Below are positions 1 through 8,537 of a stretch of DNA of 64,000 bases, in pieces. The notes beneath the pieces are model-generated. The model saw only the letters and a program-made list of their open reading frames with translations, was not told where the DNA came from and made no database searches. Each line of letters starts with the position of its first letter. The first letter of the stretch is position 1. The position numbers and the translations under genes were made by a program. The DNA lies in assembly GCA_902806345.1 (NCBI GenBank), contig CADCWF010000276.1:596-64595 (forward strand). Direction: 5' to 3'. Origin of the DNA: an uncultured Thermomicrobiales bacterium (GTDB taxonomy: Bacteria > Chloroflexota > Chloroflexia > Thermomicrobiales > UBA6265).

Positions 1-279
1 ACCGGCCAGACCTGGGTCGTCGACGGCGGATTTCTCCTCCGCCACCCAGGCATGACGGGCGCGGATGAGGGATGATGCCGCCTCGGGGTGCCGCCGGTGG
101 CGGACGCGGGCGTGCTCGCGGAGCGGGGACGCGGGGTTCGGCGGCGGTCATCGCCGAAGCGACGTGTCCCTTCGGGGCGGGGAGCTGAGGGAGGGCAGGG
201 GCGCCGCCGGGCGACCCGGACCCATCAGCCGATCGATCCCCCGGAGGGCGGCGACAGAACCAGAAAGGAGCGAACCATC

Positions 280-1608
280 GTGGACGAGCAGACGCGAGCC
301 AGGACCACTCGGCGCGGTCTGATCAAGGTCGGGGCGGCGGCCGGCGCGGCGATCGCCGCGGCCTCCCGGCGGGGCATGGTCGAGGCGGCGCCCGCCACTT
401 CGGCGACCGTTGGCCGGCGGGCGGGCCGCGCCCAGGGCGACACCCTGACCGTCGCCTACATGGAGTCGGGCACCTACGACGCGGCGGCGCGGGCGATCGC
501 CCCCGAGTTCGAGGCCGCCCACGGGGTGGCGGTCGAGGTCGTCGCCTTCCCCTACCAGAACCTCCACGACAACGTCGCCACCGACCTCGTGACCGCCACC
601 GGCGCCTACGACGTGATCGACGTCGCCTTCCAGTGGGACGGCGAGTTCGCGCCCTACCTCGTGCCGCTGGACGACCTGGTCGCCCGCGACGGGATCGACG
701 GCGAGGCGTTCATCCCCAACCAGTGGCAGCTCTCCGGTCTGTGGGATGGCAAGCGGATGGGGATCCCCAACGCGAACGACGCGATGGGCATCATCTACCG
801 GACCGACCTCTACGAGGCCGCCGGGGTGGCGCCGCCGGAGAGCTGGCAGCAGTACAACGACAACGCCGCCAAGCTGACCAAGGACGGGGTCTACGGGGCA
901 TCCTGGGTCGGCCTCGGCGAGCAACTCCAGGGCTACTGGATCAGCCGCTACTGGGAGCAGGGCAAGCCCCTCTGCGACGAAAATTGGCGACCCCTCTTCA
1001 ACGGCCCCGAGGGCGTCCAGGCGATCGAGCTGCTGCGCGAGGCGCTGGCCTACACGCCGGAGGGGATGCCCGGCTGGGGGATCCCCGAGCACAAGAACGC
1101 GGTGCTCAACGGAGAGGTGGCGCAGGGCGAGCTGTGGCCCAGCTTCATCCGCGCCGACGCCCGCGACGAGGCGAAGTCGAAGATCGTCGGCAAGTGGTCG
1201 CTGACGCCCTTCCCGGGGCCGTCCGAGCTGAGCGCCTGGAACCTGGCGATCCCCCAGACCAGCGACAAGCAGGATCTGGCCTGGGAGTGGATCAAGATGT
1301 ACACCTCGCCCGAGAATGCCCGCCGCTTCGCCGACGAGTTCGGCATCGGCTCGCCGCAATTGGCGACCTGGAGCGACCCCGAGCTGGTCGAGAAGTACCC
1401 CGAGTACCCGGCGATCCTGACTGCCATCCAGGCCGGGAAGCCGATCTGGCGGATTCCGCAGTTCCCGGCCGCCTGGGACGTCCTCCAGAAGGAGCTGGAG
1501 CGGACCGTCTACCAGGGAGCCGACCCCCAGCAGACGCTCGACACGATCGCCGCCGAGTGGAACCGGCTGCTCGACAGCAACCCGCCGACGGCCCCCTACG
1601 TCGAATAG
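280..1608 (+). CDS. ABC transporter solute-binding protein (family 1, sugar type) with Tat signal
   Basis: In-frame part of track ORF 88..1608. GTG at 280 is preceded by AAAGGAG (264-270). N-terminus TRRGLIKVGAAAGAAIAAA looks twin-arginine. Followed by MalF/MalG-type permeases and a MalK-type ATPase. Confidence 0.85.
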   Translation: MDEQTRARTTRRGLIKVGAAAGAAIAAASRRGMVEAAPATSATVGRRAGRAQGDTLTVAYMESGTYDAAARAIAPEFEAAHGVAVEVVAFPYQNLHDNVATDLVTATGAYDVIDVAFQWDGEFAPYLVPLDDLVARDGIDGEAFIPNQWQLSGLWDGKRMGIPNANDAMGIIYRTDLYEAAGVAPPESWQQYNDNAAKLTKDGVYGASWVGLGEQLQGYWISRYWEQGKPLCDENWRPLFNGPEGVQAIELLREALAYTPEGMPGWGIPEHKNAVLNGEVAQGELWPSFIRADARDEAKSKIVGKWSLTPFPGPSELSAWNLAIPQTSDKQDLAWEWIKMYTSPENARRFADEFGIGSPQLATWSDPELVEKYPEYPAILTAIQAGKPIWRIPQFPAAWDVLQKELERTVYQGADPQQTLDTIAAEWNRLLDSNPPTAPYVE

Positions 1609-1741
1609 CAGCCCGACGCCGTGCGGAGAGCGGCGGTGGGGCGTCCGGGGCCGATGGCGGTTGCGCCCGTGATGCGGGCCTCGGCCGCCAGCGAACCGAG
1701 GCGAACGCCGACGGGCCGAAACCGCGAAGCCCGATGATGGA

Positions 1742-1867
1742 GGTTGCCTATCTGATGCGGCCATCGGGGTCGGCCGGGGCCCAGCCCCATTCATAGGGCT
1801 TCGTTGCCTCAGCCCGAGGATTTATCCTCGGGTCCCCGCCGCCGATGGCCGCATCAAGAAAGCAACC
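1742..1867. repeat. MITE-like element with 26-bp terminal inverted repeats
   Basis: Left arm ggttgcctatctgatgcggccatcgg (1742-1767) matches the reverse complement of 1842-1867 at 22/26 positions. An internal hairpin cccgaggat-tta-tcctcggg is present. It sits in a 484-nt gap inside an ABC operon. Confidence 0.55.
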
Positions 1868-1910
1868 GCCATAATCGGGCTGAGAACGGTCCGCCGATGG
1901 CGCTTTTCAC

Positions 1911-1964
1911 GAGGGGTGTGACACCCCTCGTTCCGTCATCCCTCGGCTCCGCTCGGGATGACGG
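1911..1964. repeat. Two adjacent perfect hairpins (REP-like)
   Basis: gaggggtgt-g-acacccctc (1911-1929), and ccgtcatccc...gggatgacgg (1933-1942 / 1955-1964). Confidence 0.5.
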
Positions 1965-2092
1965 CGCAGGCGACGACGTCATCGCTCGCCGCTCTCGGTC
2001 CCGGCTCGTCGGTACCGCCGTGAGGCGCACCAGGTGGGCGAACGTCAGCGACGGGGCGCGCCGCTGGCGCGCCCCGCGGGAGACCGATCCGT

Positions 2093-3037
2093 ATGGCCAC
2101 CAGCACCACCACGCTGGCCGCACCGACGACGGCCCCGGTTGTCCGCCGCCGGCGGCGGCGCTTGCGTGACGCGCCGACGTTCGCCCTGTTCCTCCTGCCC
2201 GCGGTCGCCTTCCTGGCGCTGACGAGCGTCTACCCCCTGCTCTACACCCTCCGCCTCAGCTTCCACGAGTGGTTCCTGAACCGGCCGGGGACGGCGCCGG
2301 CCTGGGTCGGCCTGGGCTCCTACCAGGCGACCATCGGGGACCAGGTATTCCGCACCTCGGCCCTGAACACCGTCGTCTTCGCGACCGGCACCGTCGCCGC
2401 CGAGCTCCTCCTCGGGCTGGCGCTGGCGCTGGCGGTCAGCCGCGAGGGGGCGGGGATCCGGGTCGTCCGCTCGGTCCTCCTGGTGCCGATGATCATGACG
2501 CCGGTGGTGGTCGGCGTCCTCTGGCGGATCCTCCTCTTCGACGACGGCCTGATCAACTACCTGCTCCAGGCGGTCGGGCTGCCGCGGATCCTCTGGTTCG
2601 TCGATCCCCGGTGGGCGTTCCTCGGGGTCATGCTGGTCGACGTCTGGCAGTGGACGCCGTTCGTCCTGATCGTGCTGACGGCGGCCATCGCCGCCCTCCC
2701 GAGCGAGCCGTTCCGGGCCGCCCAGATCGACGGCGCCTCGCGCTGGCAGGTCTTCCGCTACCTGACCCTGCCGATGCTGGCGCCGGTGCTGCTGGTGACC
2801 GGCCTGCTCCGGTTCATGGACGCGATCAAGGTCTTCGACACCATCTACGTGTTGACCAACGGCGGCCCCGGCTACGCCACCGAGATGCTCTCCTCCTACA
2901 TCTACAAGCAGGGCCTGCGCTACTTCAACGTGGGAGGGGCGGCGGCCGCGTCGTGGCTGTTCCTGGCCGTGGTCGTCGCCCTCTCGGTCGTCATCGTCAA
3001 GGCCCGGGCGCGGGCGTCGCGCACGGCGGCGGTCTAG
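2093..3037 (+). CDS. ABC transporter permease (MalF/UgpA-like)
   Basis: Track ORF of 314 aa with multiple TM segments and binding-protein-dependent permease sequence character. High GC3. Lies between the SBP and the second permease. Confidence 0.85.
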   Translation: MATSTTTLAAPTTAPVVRRRRRRLRDAPTFALFLLPAVAFLALTSVYPLLYTLRLSFHEWFLNRPGTAPAWVGLGSYQATIGDQVFRTSALNTVVFATGTVAAELLLGLALALAVSREGAGIRVVRSVLLVPMIMTPVVVGVLWRILLFDDGLINYLLQAVGLPRILWFVDPRWAFLGVMLVDVWQWTPFVLIVLTAAIAALPSEPFRAAQIDGASRWQVFRYLTLPMLAPVLLVTGLLRFMDAIKVFDTIYVLTNGGPGYATEMLSSYIYKQGLRYFNVGGAAAASWLFLAVVVALSVVIVKARARASRTAAV

Positions 3038-3049
3038 GAGGGGGGCGAG

Positions 3050-3943
3050 ATGGCTGCCGTTTCCTCGGTCCCGGCCCGGCCGGCGGCCAGATCCCGCCGC
3101 CGCCCGTCGTCGGTTTCGGCGGTGAGCTGGGGGCTCCTGCGGTGGGGCACGATCGCGCTCGCCCTGCTCGCGGTGCTCGTCCCGTTCTTCTGGCTGGTCT
3201 CGACCTCGTTCAAGCGGGAGGTCGACTACCTCGCCGACCCGCCGCGGTTCCTTGTCGAGAACTGGACCCTCGCCGGGTACGAGACGCTGTTCAGCCGCAA
3301 CGACCTCGGCCACTTCTTCCTGAACTCGGTCGTGGTCACCCTGGCCTCGACCGCGCTGGCGGTGACCCTCGGCTCCCTGGCGGCCTACACCCTGGCCCGG
3401 GCGCGTCTGCCGTTCAAGCTCAACGGCGCCCTCGCCTTCTGGATGCTGCTGACCCGGATGTACCCCGCGATCGCGACGGCCATCCCCTACTTCCTGATCA
3501 TCCGCGACCTCCAGTTGCTCGACACCCGGTGGGCGCTGATCGTGACCTACACCGCGTTCAACCTGCCGTTCGTCGTCTGGCTGATGATCGGGTTCTTCGA
3601 GGAGGTGCCGGCGGAGCTGGAGCGGGCGGCGATGATCGACGGCTGCGGCGCCTGGCAGCGGTTCACCCGGATCGTGCTGCCGATCTCCGGTCCCGCCCTG
3701 GTGGCGACGGCGATCCTGTCGGCGATCCTGGCCTGGAACGAGTTCCTCTTCGCGGTGATGCTGACGCGGACCGAGGCCAAGACGCTGCCGGTGGTGATGG
3801 CCGGGTTCATCACGGACAAGGGGATGCTCTGGGACCAGATGACGGCCCTCGGGGTGGTGACGGTCCTGCCGGTCCTGCTCTTCGCCCTCGCGGTCCAGCG
3901 CTACCTCGTCCGGGGGCTGACCCTGGGCGCGGTCAAGGAGTGA
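3050..3943 (+). CDS. ABC transporter permease (MalG/UgpE-like)
   Basis: Track ORF of 297 aa. GGAGGGGGG lies upstream of the ATG. TM-rich, with an EAA-loop-like region ELERAAMIDGCGAWQRF. Confidence 0.85.
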   Translation: MAAVSSVPARPAARSRRRPSSVSAVSWGLLRWGTIALALLAVLVPFFWLVSTSFKREVDYLADPPRFLVENWTLAGYETLFSRNDLGHFFLNSVVVTLASTALAVTLGSLAAYTLARARLPFKLNGALAFWMLLTRMYPAIATAIPYFLIIRDLQLLDTRWALIVTYTAFNLPFVVWLMIGFFEEVPAELERAAMIDGCGAWQRFTRIVLPISGPALVATAILSAILAWNEFLFAVMLTRTEAKTLPVVMAGFITDKGMLWDQMTALGVVTVLPVLLFALAVQRYLVRGLTLGAVKE

Positions 3944-4032
3944 GGCGTGAGTCGTCAGTCGTGAGTCGTGGAGAACGACAACCCGCCCCCCACGCCCGAC
4001 GCCCGACGCCCGACTGACGACTCACGCCTCAC
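3940..4032. repeat. Perfect 22-bp inverted repeat spanning the permease stop codon (intercistronic stem-loop)
   Basis: gtgaggcgtgagtcgtcagtcg (3940-3961) is the exact reverse complement of 4011-4032, with a 49-nt loop. The TGA stop of the permease (3941-3943) lies in the left arm. Confidence 0.7.
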
Positions 4033-4071
4033 GCCTCACGACCCACGACCCACGACCCACGACCCACGACT
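3992..4071. repeat. Heptanucleotide tandem repeats
   Basis: (ACGCCCG)x3 at 3992-4012. (CACGACC)x4 plus one variant unit at 4037-4071. Confidence 0.75.
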
Positions 4072-4086
4072 CACCCAGGAGTACCC

Positions 4087-5169
4087 GTGGCCAGCGTCGA
4101 GTTCGTCCACGTCTCCAAGCGCTACGGCCGGGTCGAGGCCGTGAGCGACCTCTCGCTGCGGATCGCGGACGGCGAGTTCATGACCCTCGTCGGCCCCTCG
4201 GGCTGCGGCAAGAGCACCACCCTCAATATGCTCGCCGGTCTGGACGAGGTCAGCGCCGGCGAGATCCTGATCGACGACGAGGCCGTGACCGGGATGCCCG
4301 CCAGCGAGCGCGACATCGCGATGGTGTTCCAGAGCTACGCCCTCTATCCCCACATGAGCGTCCGCGACAACCTGGGCTTCGCCCTCAAGGTCCACGGCGA
4401 GGCGAAGGCGGCGATCGCGGCGAAGGTCGACCGGGCGGCGGCGATGCTCGGGATCGCCGACCTCCTGGACCGGAAGCCGCGCCAGTTGTCGGGCGGCCAG
4501 CGGCAACGGGTAGCGCTGGGACGGGCGCTGGTGCGGGAACCCCGGCTGTTCCTGCTCGACGAGCCGCTCTCCAACCTCGACGCCAAGCTGCGGGTCCAGA
4601 TGCGGGCCGAACTGCGGCTGCTGTTCGACCGGCTGGAGACGACGGTGGTCTTCGTCACCCACGACCAGGCCGAGGCGATGACGCTCTCCGACCGGGTTGC
4701 GATCTTCGACCGGGGGGTGGTGCAGCAGGTCGGGACGCCGATGGAGCTGTACGACGCCCCGGCCAACACCTTCGTCGCCGGCTTCCTCGGCTCGCCGCCG
4801 ATGACCTTCCTGGAGGCGACGGTCGCCGATGGGGCGGCCGGCCCGATGCTCGCCGGCGAGGGGTTCGCCCTCGCCGCGCCGGCGCCGAGAGACCGGCTCC
4901 GGCGCGGCCAGCCAGTGGTCGTCGGCATCCGGCCGGAGGACATCGAGGTGTCCCGCGATGCCGCCGGGCACCCGGCGGCGACGGCGATCTCGCTCGTGGA
5001 GCCGATGGGGTCGACGACGATCGTCTACGCCCCGCTCGGCGGCAAGCTGATCGCCATCGAGACCGACAAGGGGACCGACCTCGCGCCCGGCGACCCGATC
5101 GGCATCGGCGTCCCCCCCGACCGGCTCCACCTGTTCGACCCCGAGACGGGGCGTTCGCTGTCGGCATGA
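4087..5169 (+). CDS. ABC transporter ATP-binding protein (MalK/UgpC-like)
   Basis: Walker A GPSGCGKST, signature LSGGQRQR, Walker B LFLLDEPLS, and a C-terminal MalK-type regulatory domain. Confidence 0.9.
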   Translation: MASVEFVHVSKRYGRVEAVSDLSLRIADGEFMTLVGPSGCGKSTTLNMLAGLDEVSAGEILIDDEAVTGMPASERDIAMVFQSYALYPHMSVRDNLGFALKVHGEAKAAIAAKVDRAAAMLGIADLLDRKPRQLSGGQRQRVALGRALVREPRLFLLDEPLSNLDAKLRVQMRAELRLLFDRLETTVVFVTHDQAEAMTLSDRVAIFDRGVVQQVGTPMELYDAPANTFVAGFLGSPPMTFLEATVADGAAGPMLAGEGFALAAPAPRDRLRRGQPVVVGIRPEDIEVSRDAAGHPAATAISLVEPMGSTTIVYAPLGGKLIAIETDKGTDLAPGDPIGIGVPPDRLHLFDPETGRSLSA

Positions 5170-5368
5170 TGCGGGAGCATCCCACCCCCGTCACTCTGAG
5201 CCCGCAGGCGAAGAATTTCGCTCCGACTCGTGCACGCACCATCCGGAGAACGCCGCTGCGGCGGGTCCTCCTCGGGTCCCCGAGGAGAGGTCCTTCACTC
5301 CGTTCAGGATGACGGTCCGGCGGCCGGTGACCAGGGGCAACCGGCAGCCCGCTCGCCCGGCTTCAGTC

Positions 5369-5480
5369 TCACTCCGCTCGGCTCACTCTTGCCGTCGCGT
5401 CCGGCCCCGCCCACCGCTCCCGCTCCAGCGCGATCCCGACGCCGCCGGCTTCCGCGCAGCGCCGGCCCCCGGCCATCGCC
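5369..5480 (-). pseudogene. Orphan 3-prime fragment of an enolase-superfamily paralog
   Basis: The tail translation ...GIALERERWAGPDATARVSRAE-stop parallels the C-terminus of the intact neighbour (...GTELKPELWTRPDATVRMSRAE-stop at 5773). The first ~46 nt are about 80% identical at nucleotide level, and frames scramble further upstream. Confidence 0.5.
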
Positions 5481-5772
5481 CCGGCGGCGAGGTGCCGCGG
5501 CGGCATCGCTCCAAACCGTCCCCGCGGAATCCGCGAGATCTTGCCCGGCCGAGCCGTTCTATAAGGTAGGGGGAGGCGAACCACGGGCGGGGACGACGAC
5601 CGCCGCCGCGCCGTAGCCCCCGCCGGATTTGACCTACGGGTGACAGGCAGTTCGGAACGGTCCGGCAATAACGCATTGGCGGCGTTGGCACCCTTGGCGC
5701 GGCGTCCCCGGCAATCCGGTGCCGCAGCTCGCGTCCTGGCCCCGCCCTCCTCACCGCCCGCCGCCCGCCGGC

Positions 5773-7002
5773 CTACTCCGCCCGGCTCATCCGCACCGTC
5801 GCGTCCGGCCGCGTCCACAGCTCCGGCTTCAGCTCGGTCCCCAAGCCGGGGCCGGGGGGCGGCGCCACGGTGCCGCCCGAGACGTCCGGCAGCGCCGTCA
5901 GCAGCTCCCGGTACCAGCCGGCGTAGAAGGCCCGGACGGTCTCCTGGACCAGCGCGTTCGGCAGATTGATCGAGAGGTGGGTGCTGGCGGTCAGGACCAC
6001 CGGCCCGGTGCAGTCGTGGGGCGCCACCGGCAGCTGGTAGGCCTCGGCCATCGTCCCGATCTTCTTGGCCTCCCCGATGCCGCCGCACCACGAGAGGTCG
6101 AGCATCGCCACCCCGGCCGCCCCCCGCTCGAACGCCTCCCGGAACGACCACCGGGTCGAGAGCGTCTCGCTGATCGTCGTCGGGATCGCGGTGCCGGCGG
6201 CGAACGCCGCCAGGGCGTCGAGGTTGTCCCCCTTCAGCGGGTCCTCGAACCAGTAGGGCTCGAACGGCTCCAGGGCGCGGGCAATCCGGCGGGCCATCGG
6301 CAAGTTCCACAGCGAGTGGAACTCGACCATGATCTCCATCGCGTTGCCGACCGCGTCCCGGATCTGGCGGAACGGCTCCAGCGCCCGGTCGAGGTCGATC
6401 GACGAGATGTCCTGGCCGTTGGAGGCCTCGGCGTAGGGGTCGAACGGCCAGATCTTCATCCCGGTGATGCCTTCGGAGAGGAGGTTCCGGGCGAGGTCGC
6501 CCGCCCGGTGGAGGAAGGCGTCGAGGTCCTCGTACGGCCCCTCCGCCGCCTCGATCGTCTCCTCCGGCAGGCCCCAGTTGTCGACCGCCTGCCGGGGCCG
6601 GGAGCGGACGTAGCGGTAGCCGGCGCAGGTGTTGTAGGTCTTGATCCGGTCCCGGCTCTTGCCGCCCAGGAGCTGGTAGACGGGCTGCCCGGTCGCCTTG
6701 CCCCAGAGATCCCAGAGGGCGATGTCGAGCGCCGAGTTGCCGCGCATCTCGACGCCACTGGAGCGGTAGCCGACGTAGCCGTAGAGGGCGCGGGCGTGGT
6801 GGTCGACCCGCAGCGGGTCCTGGCCAAGGAGGTAGGGCGCGATCGTCTCGTGGACGTAGGCCTCGACCGCCTGGGCGCCGAAGAAGGTCTCGCCCAGGCC
6901 GACGACGCCCTCGTCGGTGTGGACCCGCAGCCAGAGCAGGTTCGGGAACTCCCCCAGCCGCAGCGTCTCGACCCCGGAAACCTTCACGCCCTGCTCTCCC
7001 AC
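5773..7002 (-). CDS. Mandelate racemase/muconate lactonizing enzyme family protein (enolase superfamily sugar-acid dehydratase candidate)
   Basis: Track ORF of 409 aa. N-terminal capping-domain sequence VETLRLGEFPNLLWLRVHTDEGVVGLGETF and barrel-domain character. Last gene of the GntR-ABC cluster on the minus strand. Confidence 0.85.
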   Translation of the reverse strand: MGEQGVKVSGVETLRLGEFPNLLWLRVHTDEGVVGLGETFFGAQAVEAYVHETIAPYLLGQDPLRVDHHARALYGYVGYRSSGVEMRGNSALDIALWDLWGKATGQPVYQLLGGKSRDRIKTYNTCAGYRYVRSRPRQAVDNWGLPEETIEAAEGPYEDLDAFLHRAGDLARNLLSEGITGMKIWPFDPYAEASNGQDISSIDLDRALEPFRQIRDAVGNAMEIMVEFHSLWNLPMARRIARALEPFEPYWFEDPLKGDNLDALAAFAAGTAIPTTISETLSTRWSFREAFERGAAGVAMLDLSWCGGIGEAKKIGTMAEAYQLPVAPHDCTGPVVLTASTHLSINLPNALVQETVRAFYAGWYRELLTALPDVSGGTVAPPPGPGLGTELKPELWTRPDATVRMSRAE

Positions 7003-7031
7003 GGGGCCTGGTAATTTGGCCCCCTCCCCCT

Positions 7032-7059
7032 ACCCCTCCCCCGATTTCTAGGGAGGGGT
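7032..7059. repeat. REP-like hairpin (variant of the GGGAGGGG family)
   Basis: acccctccc-ccgatttcta-gggaggggt. Confidence 0.5.
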
Positions 7060-7251
7060 GAAACGTTCAACCCGTGTCAACCGGTCGTCGACCGGCGGTA
7101 GTTGGCCCACAAAACGCCCCCGACCGGGCAAGCCGGCGTGAGGTGTGGGGGACGGCCACCGGCGATGGGCCACGATCTCCCCGGAGGCCGACCACCCCCA
7201 TTCCCTCATACGGAATCCGGTTGATTCGTTCTGGTTGGATGGCCGCTTCGG

Positions 7252-7294
7252 CCCCCTCTCCCGCGCATCGGGAGAGGGGGTTGGGGGTGAGGGC
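7252..7294 (+). repeat. REP-like element: hairpin ccccctctccc/gggagaggggg plus tail ttgggggtgagggc
   Basis: Perfect 11-bp stem (7252-7262 / 7270-7280) with a 7-nt loop and a G-rich tail to 7294. Related copies at 17907, 32218, 32346, 41234 and 63181. Confidence 0.75.
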
Positions 7295-7334
7295 TCGGCA
7301 CCGGATACCGGGACCGTCCAACCGGATGCCGAAC

Positions 7335-8396
7335 TTACTCGGCGAACTGCGCCTCGCGCTCCATCACGGCGTCGATGTTCTCGGTGGTGACCAGGTCGGC
7401 GCCGATGATGTGGTCGGACGGCTCGTAGCCGTTCTCCAGGTTCATGTGGATCAGCGCCGCGGTGACCCACCCCTGGGCGAACGGGTTCTGGCCGACGGTC
7501 CACTGCGCCTCGCCGCTCTTGATCGCCGTCAGCACGTCCGGCAGCAGGTCGAAGCCGCCGTTGGCGAACCTGCCCTGGAGGCCGTTCTCGCGGATGAACT
7601 GGGCAGTGAACTGGTGGCCGAAGTCGGCATGGGCGAAGGCGACGATCTGGTCGCCCTCGGCGGCGAACTTCGCCTGCTGGGCGGCGATCGACTTGGCGCC
7701 GTCGGTCGAGGTCTCCAGCGCCTCCGTCGTGTAGGAAGTCCCGTTCTCCTCGTTGTAGCGGGCGATCCCCGCCTCGTAGCCGCGGTGCCGCGCCTCGAGC
7801 GCGCTGTGGCCGGGCTGGATGATCCCCATCACCACCTTGCCCTCGGTCTTGCCGGTCAGCTCCTGGGCGTTCCGGGCGCACTCGTAGCCGCCGACCTCGG
7901 CCGCGGCTTGGTGGCGCTGGCCGACGAACGCGACGCCGAGGTCCTCGTACCCCTCGCTCTCGGTGTTGAACAGGATGACGAAGATCCCCTGCCGCTGGGC
8001 CTCCCGGATGTTCTCGTCGAACGAGGTGGTGTCGATCCGAGTGAAGCCGACCGCGTCGGGCTGCGAGGCGATCGCCTGCCGCTGCAGCTCCACGGTCTGG
8101 ACCGTGTCGCCCACCGCCGGCCCGGTGAACTGCGTCTCCCAGCCGGCCATCCCCGCGAACTGCTCGAGCCCCTTGCGGACCGGGACGAAGAACGGGTTGT
8201 TGTCGTGGTTGACGAAGACGACCTTGCGCGCCGTCCCCTGGGTTGCCGAGGCCGTCCGGGTCGCCCCGGGCAGGGCCAGCCCGCCGGCGAGGCCAAGGCC
8301 GGCCGCAACCCCGGCCCCGAGGCCGGCGCGTTTCAACGCGTCCCGCCGCGACAGGCCGGAGCGGACAAGGTCTGCGTGCCGCTGCTGAGTCATCAT
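7335..8396 (-). CDS. Sugar ABC transporter periplasmic binding protein (RbsB-like, PBP type I) with Tat-like signal
   Basis: Track ORF of 353 aa. N-terminus SRRDALKRAGLGAGVAAGLGLAGG. Adjacent to a ribose-type permease and ATPase. Confidence 0.85.
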   Translation of the reverse strand: MMTQQRHADLVRSGLSRRDALKRAGLGAGVAAGLGLAGGLALPGATRTASATQGTARKVVFVNHDNNPFFVPVRKGLEQFAGMAGWETQFTGPAVGDTVQTVELQRQAIASQPDAVGFTRIDTTSFDENIREAQRQGIFVILFNTESEGYEDLGVAFVGQRHQAAAEVGGYECARNAQELTGKTEGKVVMGIIQPGHSALEARHRGYEAGIARYNEENGTSYTTEALETSTDGAKSIAAQQAKFAAEGDQIVAFAHADFGHQFTAQFIRENGLQGRFANGGFDLLPDVLTAIKSGEAQWTVGQNPFAQGWVTAALIHMNLENGYEPSDHIIGADLVTTENIDAVMEREAQFAE

Positions 8397-8537
8397 GATC
8401 CTCCGTGGTCACCCTCGACCGCGGGCGCCGTCGCCCGCTTGGTCCGTTGCCGCGCCGGGGTGCCTCCCCGCCGCCGGTGCCCGCTCCGTTCGCACCTCCC
8501 TCCCGCGCCGGTCCGACCCGGGCGCCGCGGCCCGTTC

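Noticed and set aside
148-3313. Long antisense ORFs (148..1794 and 2045..3313) over the first ABC genes.
   Set aside because: They are shadow ORFs. The sense frames carry unmistakable SBP and permease sequence.
3992-4071. Short tandem repeats that might suggest a CRISPR array.
   Set aside because: The units are 7 nt and directly abutting, with no spacers. No CRISPR-like repeat-spacer periodicity occurs anywhere in the window.
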